A stretch of DNA of 63,949 bases, filler included, from an uncultured bacterium (GTDB taxonomy: Bacteria; Latescibacterota; UBA2968): NCBI GenBank assembly GCA_964471275.1. It is 5 parts of 5 records of this genome, joined end to end, with 100 filler letters (N's around TTAATTAATTAA, not from the genome) between each part and the next. Parts side by side here need not be neighbours in the genome. Positions count along the whole stretch, not along the records: positions 25,975 to 38,745 come from CAYYGZ010000140.1; positions 38,846 to 51,600 come from CAYYGZ010000141.1; 3 more parts are not named here. One strand, given 5' to 3'. Under the pieces are notes generated by a model, which worked only from the letters and a program-made list of their open reading frames with translations, did not search any database and was not told where the DNA came from. Positions 30,412 through 39,799 of this stretch are shown one piece after another; position 1 is the stretch's first letter; each line of letters starts with the position of its first letter. The translations under genes were made by a program, and so were the position numbers.

Positions 30412-31722
30412 CTAGTGGAACGATTTATCGCCGATCGAACATAATTTCAATAATTCTGCTAGATTAAATTTACGTGGCGTACATATAAACCATTCTTTAT
30501 TGATATTGTTCATTTGCAGTTTGGGACAACCCCCGTAACAAATGGGCAGGTAAGCACACTCCCGACAACTGTCATCAAACGCATCATAATGTTCCCATTT
30601 CTTGTCATTCACCCCAGGTTCGAACTTCCCGCCCACAAGTGTGCCAACCGTGGTGCTTCCACTCGAAATGTCGCTGTAGCAGCGCTGGACCAATCCCCCG
30701 GGCTCAACAACGTATTGATCGCGGCTTACCGCACTACATGGCAAAGCGCCATTTTGCCCAAAACCAAGATCTACGTGAAACCCTAGTGCTATGGCTGCGC
30801 GAGCCAAACGCACCTCTAGTTCGGCAAATTCCGATACCGTTAGAAATTCAGCCGTTGTGTCAATACAGGAAGACTTTCTAAGATCGGGCGGCACGATACG
30901 GGAGAAGAACACACCTATCCCACTCAGTTCATGGTCGACCAGGTCTTGGAGTAACTGCTCAACTACTTCGCCATTTCGCTTACCCAGATTGATACCCAAA
31001 CCAACATCAAAGTAGCTATTTGCAACCTTCAGGCCTGAGAGCACCTGATCGTAGCTTTCCTTCCTATTTTTCGCTGGGCGCATAACGTTGTGGGCGTCCC
31101 GCGGCCCGTCCAGTGTGATGCGAACGGTGCGTATTTGAGAACGACGTAATAACTGTGCGACTTGATCAGTCATCAGCGCGCCATTTGTAACCAAGCTGGC
31201 GCTGTAAGAGGTGCCTCGAAACGAGCACATACGACTGAGCGTCTGAGATAGGTATTGGATAGATTTAATATTGAGCAATGGCTCTCCCCCGGTCCATACC
31301 ACTTGCAGACTTCGCCGGCTCGCCAGTTGCTGATCTGTAAATCTTAGAATTTGCCGTTCATCTTCCTTGCTCAAACTCTGCGGGCGCTTATGTAACTCGC
31401 CACAATAGCTACAGTCAAAATTACAACCCAAAGTGTTTACGATAGTCAGATAAAGACTATCGCTATCGCGCCGTTCGGTGTAGTGGTGGTGGCGTGCTAC
31501 ATCAAGCTCTTCTGTTTCTTGAGGTGCCAACATTCCACCATCTAGCAGCCGCGTATAGAGTTCTTTTCCAAGGCAGGGTTCGGTTGGAGCGGTATTCGTG
31601 GAAGAAAGCGCTTGTGCCTCAAATTGAGAAAGCCGCAACTGGCTTTGCCACAAGGTATTGGCGAGGAGCGCGCCACCGTCATCCAGAGGAATCGTGATGT
31701 TATAGCGAGACAGTTTGTACAT
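30412..31722 (-). CDS. Radical SAM/SPASM peptide maturase (paralog A)
   Basis: CNFDCSYC, GGEPLL, TNG, TLDG, SPASM C..C..CRECAYLPICYGGCP..C; ~80-aa N-terminal extension. Confidence 0.9.
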   Translation of the reverse strand: MYKLSRYNITIPLDDGGALLANTLWQSQLRLSQFEAQALSSTNTAPTEPCLGKELYTRLLDGGMLAPQETEELDVARHHHYTERRDSDSLYLTIVNTLGCNFDCSYCGELHKRPQSLSKEDERQILRFTDQQLASRRSLQVVWTGGEPLLNIKSIQYLSQTLSRMCSFRGTSYSASLVTNGALMTDQVAQLLRRSQIRTVRITLDGPRDAHNVMRPAKNRKESYDQVLSGLKVANSYFDVGLGINLGKRNGEVVEQLLQDLVDHELSGIGVFFSRIVPPDLRKSSCIDTTAEFLTVSEFAELEVRLARAAIALGFHVDLGFGQNGALPCSAVSRDQYVVEPGGLVQRCYSDISSGSTTVGTLVGGKFEPGVNDKKWEHYDAFDDSCRECAYLPICYGGCPKLQMNNINKEWFICTPRKFNLAELLKLCSIGDKSFH

Positions 31723-31752
31723 ACTCTAGATCTACATACCCTAAATCCACAC

Positions 31753-32766
31753 TTAGTGGGTCATAGTTTGATTGATCCTGGCTTGGCAGGCTGACAACTC
31801 CTTATCGTCGACAGTGGCAACCAAATCCATGCCTGTTATTTTTCGAAATTCTTTATACAATCCCGCGTTATCAGTCAGTGCACGACAAATATGGCACTGA
31901 AAATACTGCCCGTTGACGCAGGCTCCAGTATCGATGCCATACAGGCGAAACAAGGCCCGCAAACCTACCGGCCCATAACTACTGATGACCCAATATATCA
32001 GGGTGTTTTGGAAGCGGGATAGGATAGCTTTTAACGACTTAGTCGCAATATTCCCTAAGATAAGTTGGTTATGAGTTGAAAAATCTGCACTGGTCGGGCA
32101 TGCAGATACCGAGCCATCGTAGTCGACTTCAATATGGCCAAGCAGTTCACAACCACCACCTGAGGGTGAAGACGGTGACAGCCACCAAGGCGATAATTTT
32201 TCGCCACGACCCACTGGATGTATGGGGTGGGAAAATACCGTAGCATCAGTTTCCCGTCGTAAACGGGTCATTAGAGACATGGCCTTCCAATCTCGGGCCA
32301 GGGCTGGAACAGCAATCTGACACGATAGGCCCAAATACGATGCTGCATTGGCTGCATTAGTAACCGACTCCACTGGGATAAAACGAGTATGGAACCGATC
32401 AGTGCTGAGCATCAGGAGACTCAACCCTAATTCTTTGAGTGGCAGCAATACCGCCAGCGCCTTTTCCGGGGTTTTAGCCCAAAAGCCGTTACTGCAGATC
32501 TGAATTCCGAGTCCTCGCTCTTGGGCTAGCCTCGCAATCTGCGTTATCTCGTCGAGAAAGGCTAAAGGCTCACCACCTGTGAGAATTACCGTATCCACAC
32601 CAAAAGCTGGAACTTCGTCCAGGCTCCGAACCACGTACTCCATCGGCATCACGCCGCGGGCATGTGGCCCGGAACTGGAACCGCAATGCTCGCATTCTGC
32701 TACGCAGTAGCGGCTATAAATTAGTCCAAAAACATGAATTGGACTGGCACACTCAGGTGCCAACAT
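31753..32766 (-). CDS. Radical SAM protein with Twitch-like C-terminus
   Basis: CVAECEHC, TGGEP, SNGFWA, STDRFH, C..DG.V.AC, LGNI, C.IC. Confidence 0.88.
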   Translation of the reverse strand: MLAPECASPIHVFGLIYSRYCVAECEHCGSSSGPHARGVMPMEYVVRSLDEVPAFGVDTVILTGGEPLAFLDEITQIARLAQERGLGIQICSNGFWAKTPEKALAVLLPLKELGLSLLMLSTDRFHTRFIPVESVTNAANAASYLGLSCQIAVPALARDWKAMSLMTRLRRETDATVFSHPIHPVGRGEKLSPWWLSPSSPSGGGCELLGHIEVDYDGSVSACPTSADFSTHNQLILGNIATKSLKAILSRFQNTLIYWVISSYGPVGLRALFRLYGIDTGACVNGQYFQCHICRALTDNAGLYKEFRKITGMDLVATVDDKELSACQARINQTMTH

Positions 32767-32775
32767 TTTGTGGCA

Positions 32776-33324
32776 TTATTCCGATTCGTTTTTCGGCAAC
32801 CAACTCTCTTCCTCTAGTCCCTGGTCTTCAAGCCACTCGCGCACCCGTCGACCCTTCTCAAGCCAAACATCTACGCGCTTTGCCATCTCTATCGTATCCA
32901 AAAGCCCTGACGGCAACTCGACGCCTTCCGGCTGTCCCAGAATCTCGGCTGATTCCTCCGCCTCATCCTTGAAGGCGCGTATATCCGGCAATCGCCTTGC
33001 AGGTCGATTGAACTGCTTACGAAAATAGGGGCGATTGTACTTCGTGTAACTTTTGGTGGGCTGGGTGTACGCAGAATCGGGGGTCATAGAAACCCGCCAG
33101 ATACGGCACAATGAGCGGGTAGGAGCTTGCAATAACTCCTGGATCATCATACCCACCTCGTCAGTGTCAACCAGCCAATCAAGCACGAAACTCGGCAATT
33201 CTTGCCCGTGCAATTTCTCGGGAATGGTTGGAAAAGCAGTAATGTCAGCCTCGGGCAACCGAACTTCGATGGTGTGTGCATCCTTGGCAAGGATGCGTAC
33301 GCTGGGAAATACATCTTCTGTCAT
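32776..33324 (-). CDS. Hypothetical 182-aa protein; candidate RiPP precursor/substrate
   Basis: Strong AAGGAG RBS; first gene of the leftward rSAM operon; acidic flanks around the core YTQPTKSYTKYNRPYFRKQFNRP. Confidence 0.6.
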   Translation of the reverse strand: MTEDVFPSVRILAKDAHTIEVRLPEADITAFPTIPEKLHGQELPSFVLDWLVDTDEVGMMIQELLQAPTRSLCRIWRVSMTPDSAYTQPTKSYTKYNRPYFRKQFNRPARRLPDIRAFKDEAEESAEILGQPEGVELPSGLLDTIEMAKRVDVWLEKGRRVREWLEDQGLEEESWLPKNESE

Positions 33325-33415
33325 GATTCGCTCCTTTATTTGCCTATTAAAGTTGGTCCTTTTGCCTCGAAAACCAGGCAAAACAGGATAGTACCCAAGC
33401 AGTCCCTACAGAGCA

Positions 33416-33433
33416 ATCCCCAAAATATGGGAT
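33416..33433. promoter_or_regulatory. Palindromic operator-like site in a divergent promoter
   Basis: ATCCC-CAAAATAT-GGGAT between the divergent starts at 33324 and 33558. Confidence 0.4.
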
Positions 33434-33557
33434 GTCAGTGACCGCACTCTTGTGATATTTTCTTGGTACTGCGGTTGGTTTCTTTGGGTCGAGTAGTGTG
33501 TCCACCGTATATTATCGATCTTCCGGATACGAGATACTCCTAATTGACGACTAAGGC

Positions 33558-35609
33558 ATGCGCATGATTGATAAACGGGTTTTGTTAATCAATATGCCAT
33601 TTTCCAGCATCTTCCGGCCTGCACTGGGAATCAGCCTTCTAAAGGGAGCCCTAGCCCGCGAGGGCATCACCACCGACCTTCAATACCTGAATATTCTACT
33701 TGCGGAGTTCATGGGACTAGATTGTTACAGTCTGGTCAGTCAAGACACACGAAATCTCGTTACGCAGGAGGATAGCCAACCAACAAACACAACACACAAA
33801 CTGTCCAGTGCGGGATACGAATCTCAGTTTTCAACCAAACAAGAATGGCTTGAAGATGATCGACTTACCGGTGACTGGTTGTTCTCGCAATACTTTTATG
33901 GAAATGGAAGCCTGAACGCAGAACGGTATATCAAACGCTACCTGAATAGTGCCACCACCAACATCAGCGACCACCTTCTACATAAACTCATTGCGACGCG
34001 AGAGAGAATCCCCTCCTACCTGGATGCCTGTTTTAGGTCAATTGATTGGAGGAACTATTTCCTTGTTGGGTTCACGACGACCTTTCAGCAGAATCTCGCC
34101 TCATTCTCATTTGCGCGATTACTCAAACTACACTTCCCCGACCTGTTGATTGCCTTCGGCGGTGCCAACTGTGAGGGTGTTATGGGCGAAGAAATTCTTC
34201 GTCAGTTTCCATTTATCGATTTTGTAGCCCTTGGAGAAGCCGATCATAGTTTCCCGCAATTGGTTAACTCCTTACGCAAGGGCGGGACAGCCGAAGGCAT
34301 TCCGGGAATCGCATGGAGAAAGAATAATTGCTGCTACAACAATGGGCCGGCGGTGCCAGTACAGAATCTCGATACTCTGCCATACCCGATTTTCGATGAC
34401 TATTTCGAGCAATTTCACGCTAGCCCCGTGTCTCACGGCGAACGACCCATTCTGCTTATGGAGACATCACGAGGCTGCTGGTGGGGTGAACGCAGTCCTT
34501 GCACTTTTTGCGCCTTGAACGGCACACATATGAGGTATCGGCTAAAGAATGCACAACGAGCCTTCGAGGAGATTAGGTATCTAACCCGGCGCCATGACAC
34601 AAGCACAATAGTCATGGTTGACAATATCATGCCCTTAGATTACTTCAACACATTACTGCCCCAATTAGCGGCACAGGAACAGCGTCTCAGTATATTTTTC
34701 GAAACAAAGGCTAACTTGAAAAAACGACAGGTACGTCAGTTACGCCAGGCCGGCGTCACCTTGTTGCAACCTGGCATCGAGAGCCTTAGCACGCCTATTT
34801 TGAAATTAATGGGCAAAGGCACAACAGCGCTAAAAAATGTCGCCTTGCTTAAATGGTGTCAAACCTTTGGGGTCAAACCCGCTTGGATGTTGCTCTACGG
34901 TTTTCCAGGAGAAAACCCGGCAGATTACGACTCAACACTAGCAATTCTAAAGCGAATAACACACCTTACTGAAGGTGACATCTCACCTGTACAAGTACAA
35001 CGGTTCAGCCCGTACTTCAATGCGCCTGCTAAATATGGCATCAAGGGTATAAGACCACTTCATACATACAAATATGTCTATCCCTTTGATGCTGATGTAG
35101 TTTCACGGCTCTGTTACTTTTTCGACTTTGACTTCGCTGATGGCAGAAACCCCTCCACTTATACACAAGCCGTAGTCGAATTTATGAGGCAATGGGCATA
35201 CGAGCCAATAGAGAAATGCACACTTATACACAAGCGCCGTGATAATGGGCATGCAGTGATTCACGACACTCGTTCGAACCGGGCACTTGACAATTTGGAA
35301 CTCGATGCTATTCAAAATGCGATCTACGAATACTGTGACTGTCCGCGTAGCGTGAGCAGAATAAAGGAACATTTGGAGGCAACTTTCTTAGGTTACAAAT
35401 ACGATCGGGCGAATATAAAAGATTTTCTCGATTATCTTGAGGAAGTTTATTTGATGATAAAGGAAACCGATGTTTATTTGAGTGTAGCCATAATGGGCTC
35501 CGACTTGGAAGAACACACACACGCCGAAACCATCCTCCCCGTCGAAGACATTAATAGGCATAACTGGGATTGGGCGACTAATAGTAATCATTCCAGCCGC
35601 TCAGTCTAG
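33558..35609 (+). CDS. B12-dependent RiPP-maturation radical SAM C-methyltransferase (TIGR03975 / PoyB-PoyC-like)
   Basis: MPF....P.LG.S.LK, GFTTTFQQN.AS, GGANC.G.MG, SRGCWWG...CTFC.LNG (Cx7Cx2C), QPGIESL, RFSPYF. Confidence 0.9.
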   Translation: MRMIDKRVLLINMPFSSIFRPALGISLLKGALAREGITTDLQYLNILLAEFMGLDCYSLVSQDTRNLVTQEDSQPTNTTHKLSSAGYESQFSTKQEWLEDDRLTGDWLFSQYFYGNGSLNAERYIKRYLNSATTNISDHLLHKLIATRERIPSYLDACFRSIDWRNYFLVGFTTTFQQNLASFSFARLLKLHFPDLLIAFGGANCEGVMGEEILRQFPFIDFVALGEADHSFPQLVNSLRKGGTAEGIPGIAWRKNNCCYNNGPAVPVQNLDTLPYPIFDDYFEQFHASPVSHGERPILLMETSRGCWWGERSPCTFCALNGTHMRYRLKNAQRAFEEIRYLTRRHDTSTIVMVDNIMPLDYFNTLLPQLAAQEQRLSIFFETKANLKKRQVRQLRQAGVTLLQPGIESLSTPILKLMGKGTTALKNVALLKWCQTFGVKPAWMLLYGFPGENPADYDSTLAILKRITHLTEGDISPVQVQRFSPYFNAPAKYGIKGIRPLHTYKYVYPFDADVVSRLCYFFDFDFADGRNPSTYTQAVVEFMRQWAYEPIEKCTLIHKRRDNGHAVIHDTRSNRALDNLELDAIQNAIYEYCDCPRSVSRIKEHLEATFLGYKYDRANIKDFLDYLEEVYLMIKETDVYLSVAIMGSDLEEHTHAETILPVEDINRHNWDWATNSNHSSRSV

Positions 35610-35664
35610 CCATCTCCGCAACAACCAAATCGCTACCTTTCGTTAGTTAGTGGCACCATGCGTT

Positions 35665-36990
35665 TCAAGCGACATCCAGTCCGCGTACCAGATCGAGCTC
35701 GAGAAGGTTTCCTAGATTGAAGCGGCGTGGCGTGCACCGATGGTGGAGCTTGCTGCTTGCATCCAGCACTGGTGGATAACTGCGGTCTTTTGGACATCCG
35801 CCGTAACAAATTGGCAGATATCGACATTGTCGGCATTCATCATCAAGGAAATTAGGATCAGTTGTTACGCCGGCTGAAGCAATATTTTTAACCTTCTCGC
35901 CTTCATTGAAATTAAACCCAGCATTCGCATCGCCAATTTCGCACCAACACCGTGTCATTCGACCCTCCGGTTCTAGGGCATAGTGATATCCAGCGAGAGC
36001 GCCACAAATATTGACCGGCTCAATTTCTGACAGATCAATGTTCGCTAAGGAAAATCCCAAGGAATCGGCAAGCAGTAGAAGCCTGCTTTCTTCTCGGGCA
36101 AACTCCGGAACTGAGAGATAGTCCTCCGGCAGATATGAGGCCTGTTGACAATGAGCTGTCACGCGGTTGAGTAATAGTCTGCACCTTGTGAGCCTCCGAT
36201 CGACGAGTTCCTTGAGTAGCTCACCTATGAAAGTGGTATTTCGCCGATCGATGTTGATTGATAGCGCCACAAATGGAAAAAACTTAAGCGCCACTTGAAT
36301 GCCCTCAATCACCTGATCAAAGTTCGGCGCCCCATCCAGACCAGGTCGCATTTTGTTATGTATTGGGGCTAGCCCGTCAACGGTAATTCGTACCATGTGA
36401 ATATTGCAGGTGTTCAGTCTCTGAGCATTTTTCTCTGTGAGAAACACGCCATTTGTAATTAGCGAACTGTCAAATCGAACACCGCGCGTTGCGCACAGCC
36501 TTTTTAGTGCCGTAGATAAACGCACAATAGTCTCAGTCCTGGCCAGTGGCTCACCCCCAGCCCAGGCTACATGAAGGTAATTGCATCTGGAAATCAGTTT
36601 CGATGCGATTTGGCAGATATCTCTTTCAGTAAGTCTAGTCATATGAACTGGCGGATGATCCTTCGCATAACAATAGGTGCACCGCAAATTGCAATAAAGA
36701 GTGGGAGATATAGTGAGAGCCGTATACCTTATATCAAATTGATCAGAAAAACATTTTGTAACAGCTGCTTGCAATTCGTCAGTTGAATTCGAAACTAGAA
36801 ACCCCGCGCTAAACAATTTCGCCTTCAGTGCAGGTGGTAAAGCAGTAAGTTTCTTGCGCTCGTAGCGGCGAGCCAATTTGGCTTCAATGATATTGAGCTG
36901 CAATAGCGTTCGGTGCAGTGTATTTGCAATGACCATTCCACCCGACGAACGCTGAGCCACGACATTGTAACGCGAAAACTTGTAGTTCAT
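35665..36990 (-). CDS. Radical SAM/SPASM peptide maturase (paralog B)
   Basis: CNLRCTYC, GGEPL, TNG, TVDG, CRQCRYLPICYGGCP; shares SRYN start and CTPRxFNL end with paralog A. Confidence 0.9.
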   Translation of the reverse strand: MNYKFSRYNVVAQRSSGGMVIANTLHRTLLQLNIIEAKLARRYERKKLTALPPALKAKLFSAGFLVSNSTDELQAAVTKCFSDQFDIRYTALTISPTLYCNLRCTYCYAKDHPPVHMTRLTERDICQIASKLISRCNYLHVAWAGGEPLARTETIVRLSTALKRLCATRGVRFDSSLITNGVFLTEKNAQRLNTCNIHMVRITVDGLAPIHNKMRPGLDGAPNFDQVIEGIQVALKFFPFVALSINIDRRNTTFIGELLKELVDRRLTRCRLLLNRVTAHCQQASYLPEDYLSVPEFAREESRLLLLADSLGFSLANIDLSEIEPVNICGALAGYHYALEPEGRMTRCWCEIGDANAGFNFNEGEKVKNIASAGVTTDPNFLDDECRQCRYLPICYGGCPKDRSYPPVLDASSKLHHRCTPRRFNLGNLLELDLVRGLDVA

Positions 36991-37049
36991 TGAGATCGTC
37001 CGGTCAGAAACACCGATACCCTCCAGAGTCGTACAATCAAACAGAGGGC

Positions 37050-37709
37050 TTAGCTGCCCAATTTGATCAGGCCAAATTTAGTTGCTTGATAGACCGCTTC
37101 CGAGCGCGAGCGGACTTCCAACTTGCGATAGATATGCTTAATGTGAGTAGCGACCGTATGCTGTGACACCTCTAGAACTCGGGCAATCATCTGATAAGTT
37201 AACCCCTTGGCCAGATAGTCCAATACGTCATACTCCCTTGCAGTTAGCTCCTTAGGTCGCTTGAGGCCTAAATGTGGTTCTTTGTCGTTCTGAAAGTGTG
37301 TTAAAAGATAGCGCGCAATAGGCGCGCTAATTGGGACGCCACCCGATAGTATTTGGGTGATTGACTCTCGAATGTAATAGGAAGAACAACCTTTTAGGAG
37401 GTAGCCGGTAGCCCCGGCCTTGAGTGCCAATATTACATGATCCTCATCTCCAAACTCCGTGATGACCATGATTTCGGATTTATATCCACGTTCACGAATA
37501 TTTTTGATCAATTCAACGCAGTCACCATCGGGCAGTTCAAGGTCGATAAGAAAAAGGTCCGGTTCAAATCTTTCTAATTTAACCTGTGCCTGATTGTATG
37601 ACCTGGCTACCGCAATCAGGTCAAGTTGAGAATCACCCCGAATTACCTTAACCAACTGTTTGAGCGTAGCCAAATCACCGTTTAATACCACCACACTTCG
37701 GCGATTCAT
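37050..37709 (-). CDS. NarL/LuxR-family response regulator
   Basis: Receiver (LIDLELPDG, GATGYLLK), GG.PIS..IAR linker, LTARE.DVL..LAKG...IA..L.VS..TV..HIK.IY.KL HTH. Confidence 0.92.
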   Translation of the reverse strand: MNRRSVVVLNGDLATLKQLVKVIRGDSQLDLIAVARSYNQAQVKLERFEPDLFLIDLELPDGDCVELIKNIRERGYKSEIMVITEFGDEDHVILALKAGATGYLLKGCSSYYIRESITQILSGGVPISAPIARYLLTHFQNDKEPHLGLKRPKELTAREYDVLDYLAKGLTYQMIARVLEVSQHTVATHIKHIYRKLEVRSRSEAVYQATKFGLIKLGS

Positions 37710-38170
37710 AGGTCTACCTTTTCACTTCTCCTAGTCATTGCGGGTTATGGCGATACCGGTGCTACTCTGGTCTAAGGTAACTAACCGTGTAATACTTTCA
37801 AAGCATTTTGGATAGATGGATGTGAGATGAGTTCCTCATCAAGTCACCGCGCTCTAAGTGTGCTTTCAGTTTACTACAGTATCGGAAGTTACTGGGGTCT
37901 ATTCACAAGTCAACCGGGACTATTCACGACCACGATCCTACCGGCACTGCGACACTATCCATGCAGCTTGCGAAATCAGCTCCTGGATTACCAATAACTT
38001 ATCGATCCACCAACTACGATGTCAGTGCATACGTCAAACGTTGTGCGCAAAAAAGAAAAACTTACCCATAGCTATAGTGGTGCAGTCGGTATTAGGGAGC
38101 ATTCGGCACCGAGCCGGTGTGTTGGAGATGCCTCAACTACCTATATGTTTAGTTGAGTTGTCAATACATT

Positions 38171-38745
38171 TTAAATGTGCTCTATCTCTGCTTCATCTAG
38201 TTCATAGGAATAAACACCATTCCATTTGCTACATCTAGGTTGAGCCTGACATTCTCTACAATGTGGCACAGGAATTTGTTTGCCATCCTTATATATGCCT
38301 ATTTGATCCGCCGTATACCCATTCGCATCCCAAGGAAAATCGTGGCACTCGCTTTGGTCGTCTACATCACAGAACTCTATACTCAAGCGGGCGATCTTAT
38401 TTACTTCTTCTTGTGATTTTTCAGGGTGAACATGCTTATGCCAAAACTTTTTTACTGAAGGTATACGTGGGTGATCTGAATACACCAAAAACTTTACGCA
38501 TTCGCTACTATCCAGCCAGTATGGTTCCCTTTCGTTATGTATAGCTCCAGCCGGGCATGCTATTCGGCAATCATCGCATCCCTTACACTTCTTCCAATAT
38601 TTTAGATTGACTCTCTTATTGTTAGGTGGCTCAGCAATTTCACCTATAAACCCAACCATACAAACTTTGGAATCAAAACCAAATTGATAATTGTATATAA
38701 GAGAATTCTTAGCTCTAACTCCTAGCCCAGCCACAATCTGAGCTT
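38171..38745 (-). CDS. QueG/reductive-dehalogenase-like 4Fe-4S protein, 5'-truncated (AT-rich gene)
   Basis: AGLG...KNSL, CKGCDDCRIACPAGAI, C-terminal CRECQ..C. Confidence 0.6.
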
Positions 38746-38845
38746 NNNNNNNNNNNNNNNNNNNNNNNNNNNNNNNNNNNNNNNNNNNNTTAATTAATTA
38801 ANNNNNNNNNNNNNNNNNNNNNNNNNNNNNNNNNNNNNNNNNNNN
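38746..38845. other. Artificial contig linker
   Basis: N44-TTAATTAATTAA-N44. Confidence 0.98.
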
Positions 38846-39635
38846 CGGAGGCGAAACAGAACGTCGAAAACACCGCTGTTTCCTCCCTGCAACGGGCAAG
38901 AAACGCGTGGGCACGCTTCTTGTTCAGCAGAAAGTCCTCGTCCAGGATCGTATACGCAACACGGCTGTGGTTCTTCTGAAACCGATCCATAACGTCATAG
39001 ATCGATTCACCCGATGGCAACAGCCGGATGTGCTTGCGTTTGAAGAAGTGGGAAGTGCAGCAGAAATCACATCCGTTGGGGCAGCCCAGTCCTGCGAAGA
39101 TCATCGCCGTGTGTCCGATCGGCAGACCGAACAGACGCAGCCGACTCCGTATGTCCGGATGTCGGTAGTCGTCGATATCCAACGGCGGTTCGCCAAGCAG
39201 ACGTCGCATGAAGCCGACGCCCTCCTCCCTGCATATCTCGTCGCAGTGAGGCAGGAGTTCCTCGTCGGACATGACTGCCCCATAGCCACCCAGCACGATC
39301 CGGGATAACGGAGCGTGCTCACGAATCAACCGACACATGGCGATCGCGTGATGGACGGTAGAGAGCGCGAATCCGATACCGATCACGTCGTAGCCCTTCT
39401 TGATCTCCCGGACAAACGTGCGCTTCGACGCGTAGTGGAGAACGACGGTAGGCGCGTCGAGATTCTCGGCGATATAGTCGAGCGCGTACTGAACGTGAAC
39501 AACGCGCGGTGAGTAAATATGTTGACTCCTGGTCACCTGCCCGTGAAGTAGCTCGTAGCCAACTGATTCGGCATCGCCGACGGAGGGACCGATCGGTTTG
39601 CATACCGATGACAAAAGCACACGTTCTTTGCTCAT
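38846..39635 (-). CDS. Cobalamin-binding radical SAM protein (3'-truncated)
   Basis: B12-domain-like YDVIGI..IVLGGYG..EG; GCPNGCDFC; DEDF. Confidence 0.85.
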
Positions 39636-39799
39636 ACACTCCAGTTCTGCCATCGGGATACAACATCATCGATGGCGTAGCGTTGGCCTGTTATCCGATA
39701 GTGGTGAGATCAGTTTACAGCACAGCGAGAAGGCGTGGATTCCAGAGAGAGTCACGCTGACAATCGGAGGCGGCCCAATACAGCCGAGCTTGCTCGGGG

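Noticed and set aside
30256..30444. 62-aa plus-strand ORF (MSENNSQ...KGGERS...) as the RiPP precursor
   Set aside because: Antisense to the operon, overlaps the rSAM 3' end, no clear RBS and no convincing core; not fully excluded
37750..38160. 126-aa plus-strand ORF or a decayed dehydrogenase remnant on the minus strand
   Set aside because: No RBS or recognisable motifs on plus; only scattered short similarities with multiple stops on minus
38171..38745. True reductive dehalogenase or queG
   Set aside because: Only a divergent C-terminal fragment is visible; function cannot be assigned
33558..39635. Counting the B12 radical SAM at 38846-39635 as a fifth enzyme of the RiPP cluster
   Set aside because: It lies on a different contig across a linker and has different base composition
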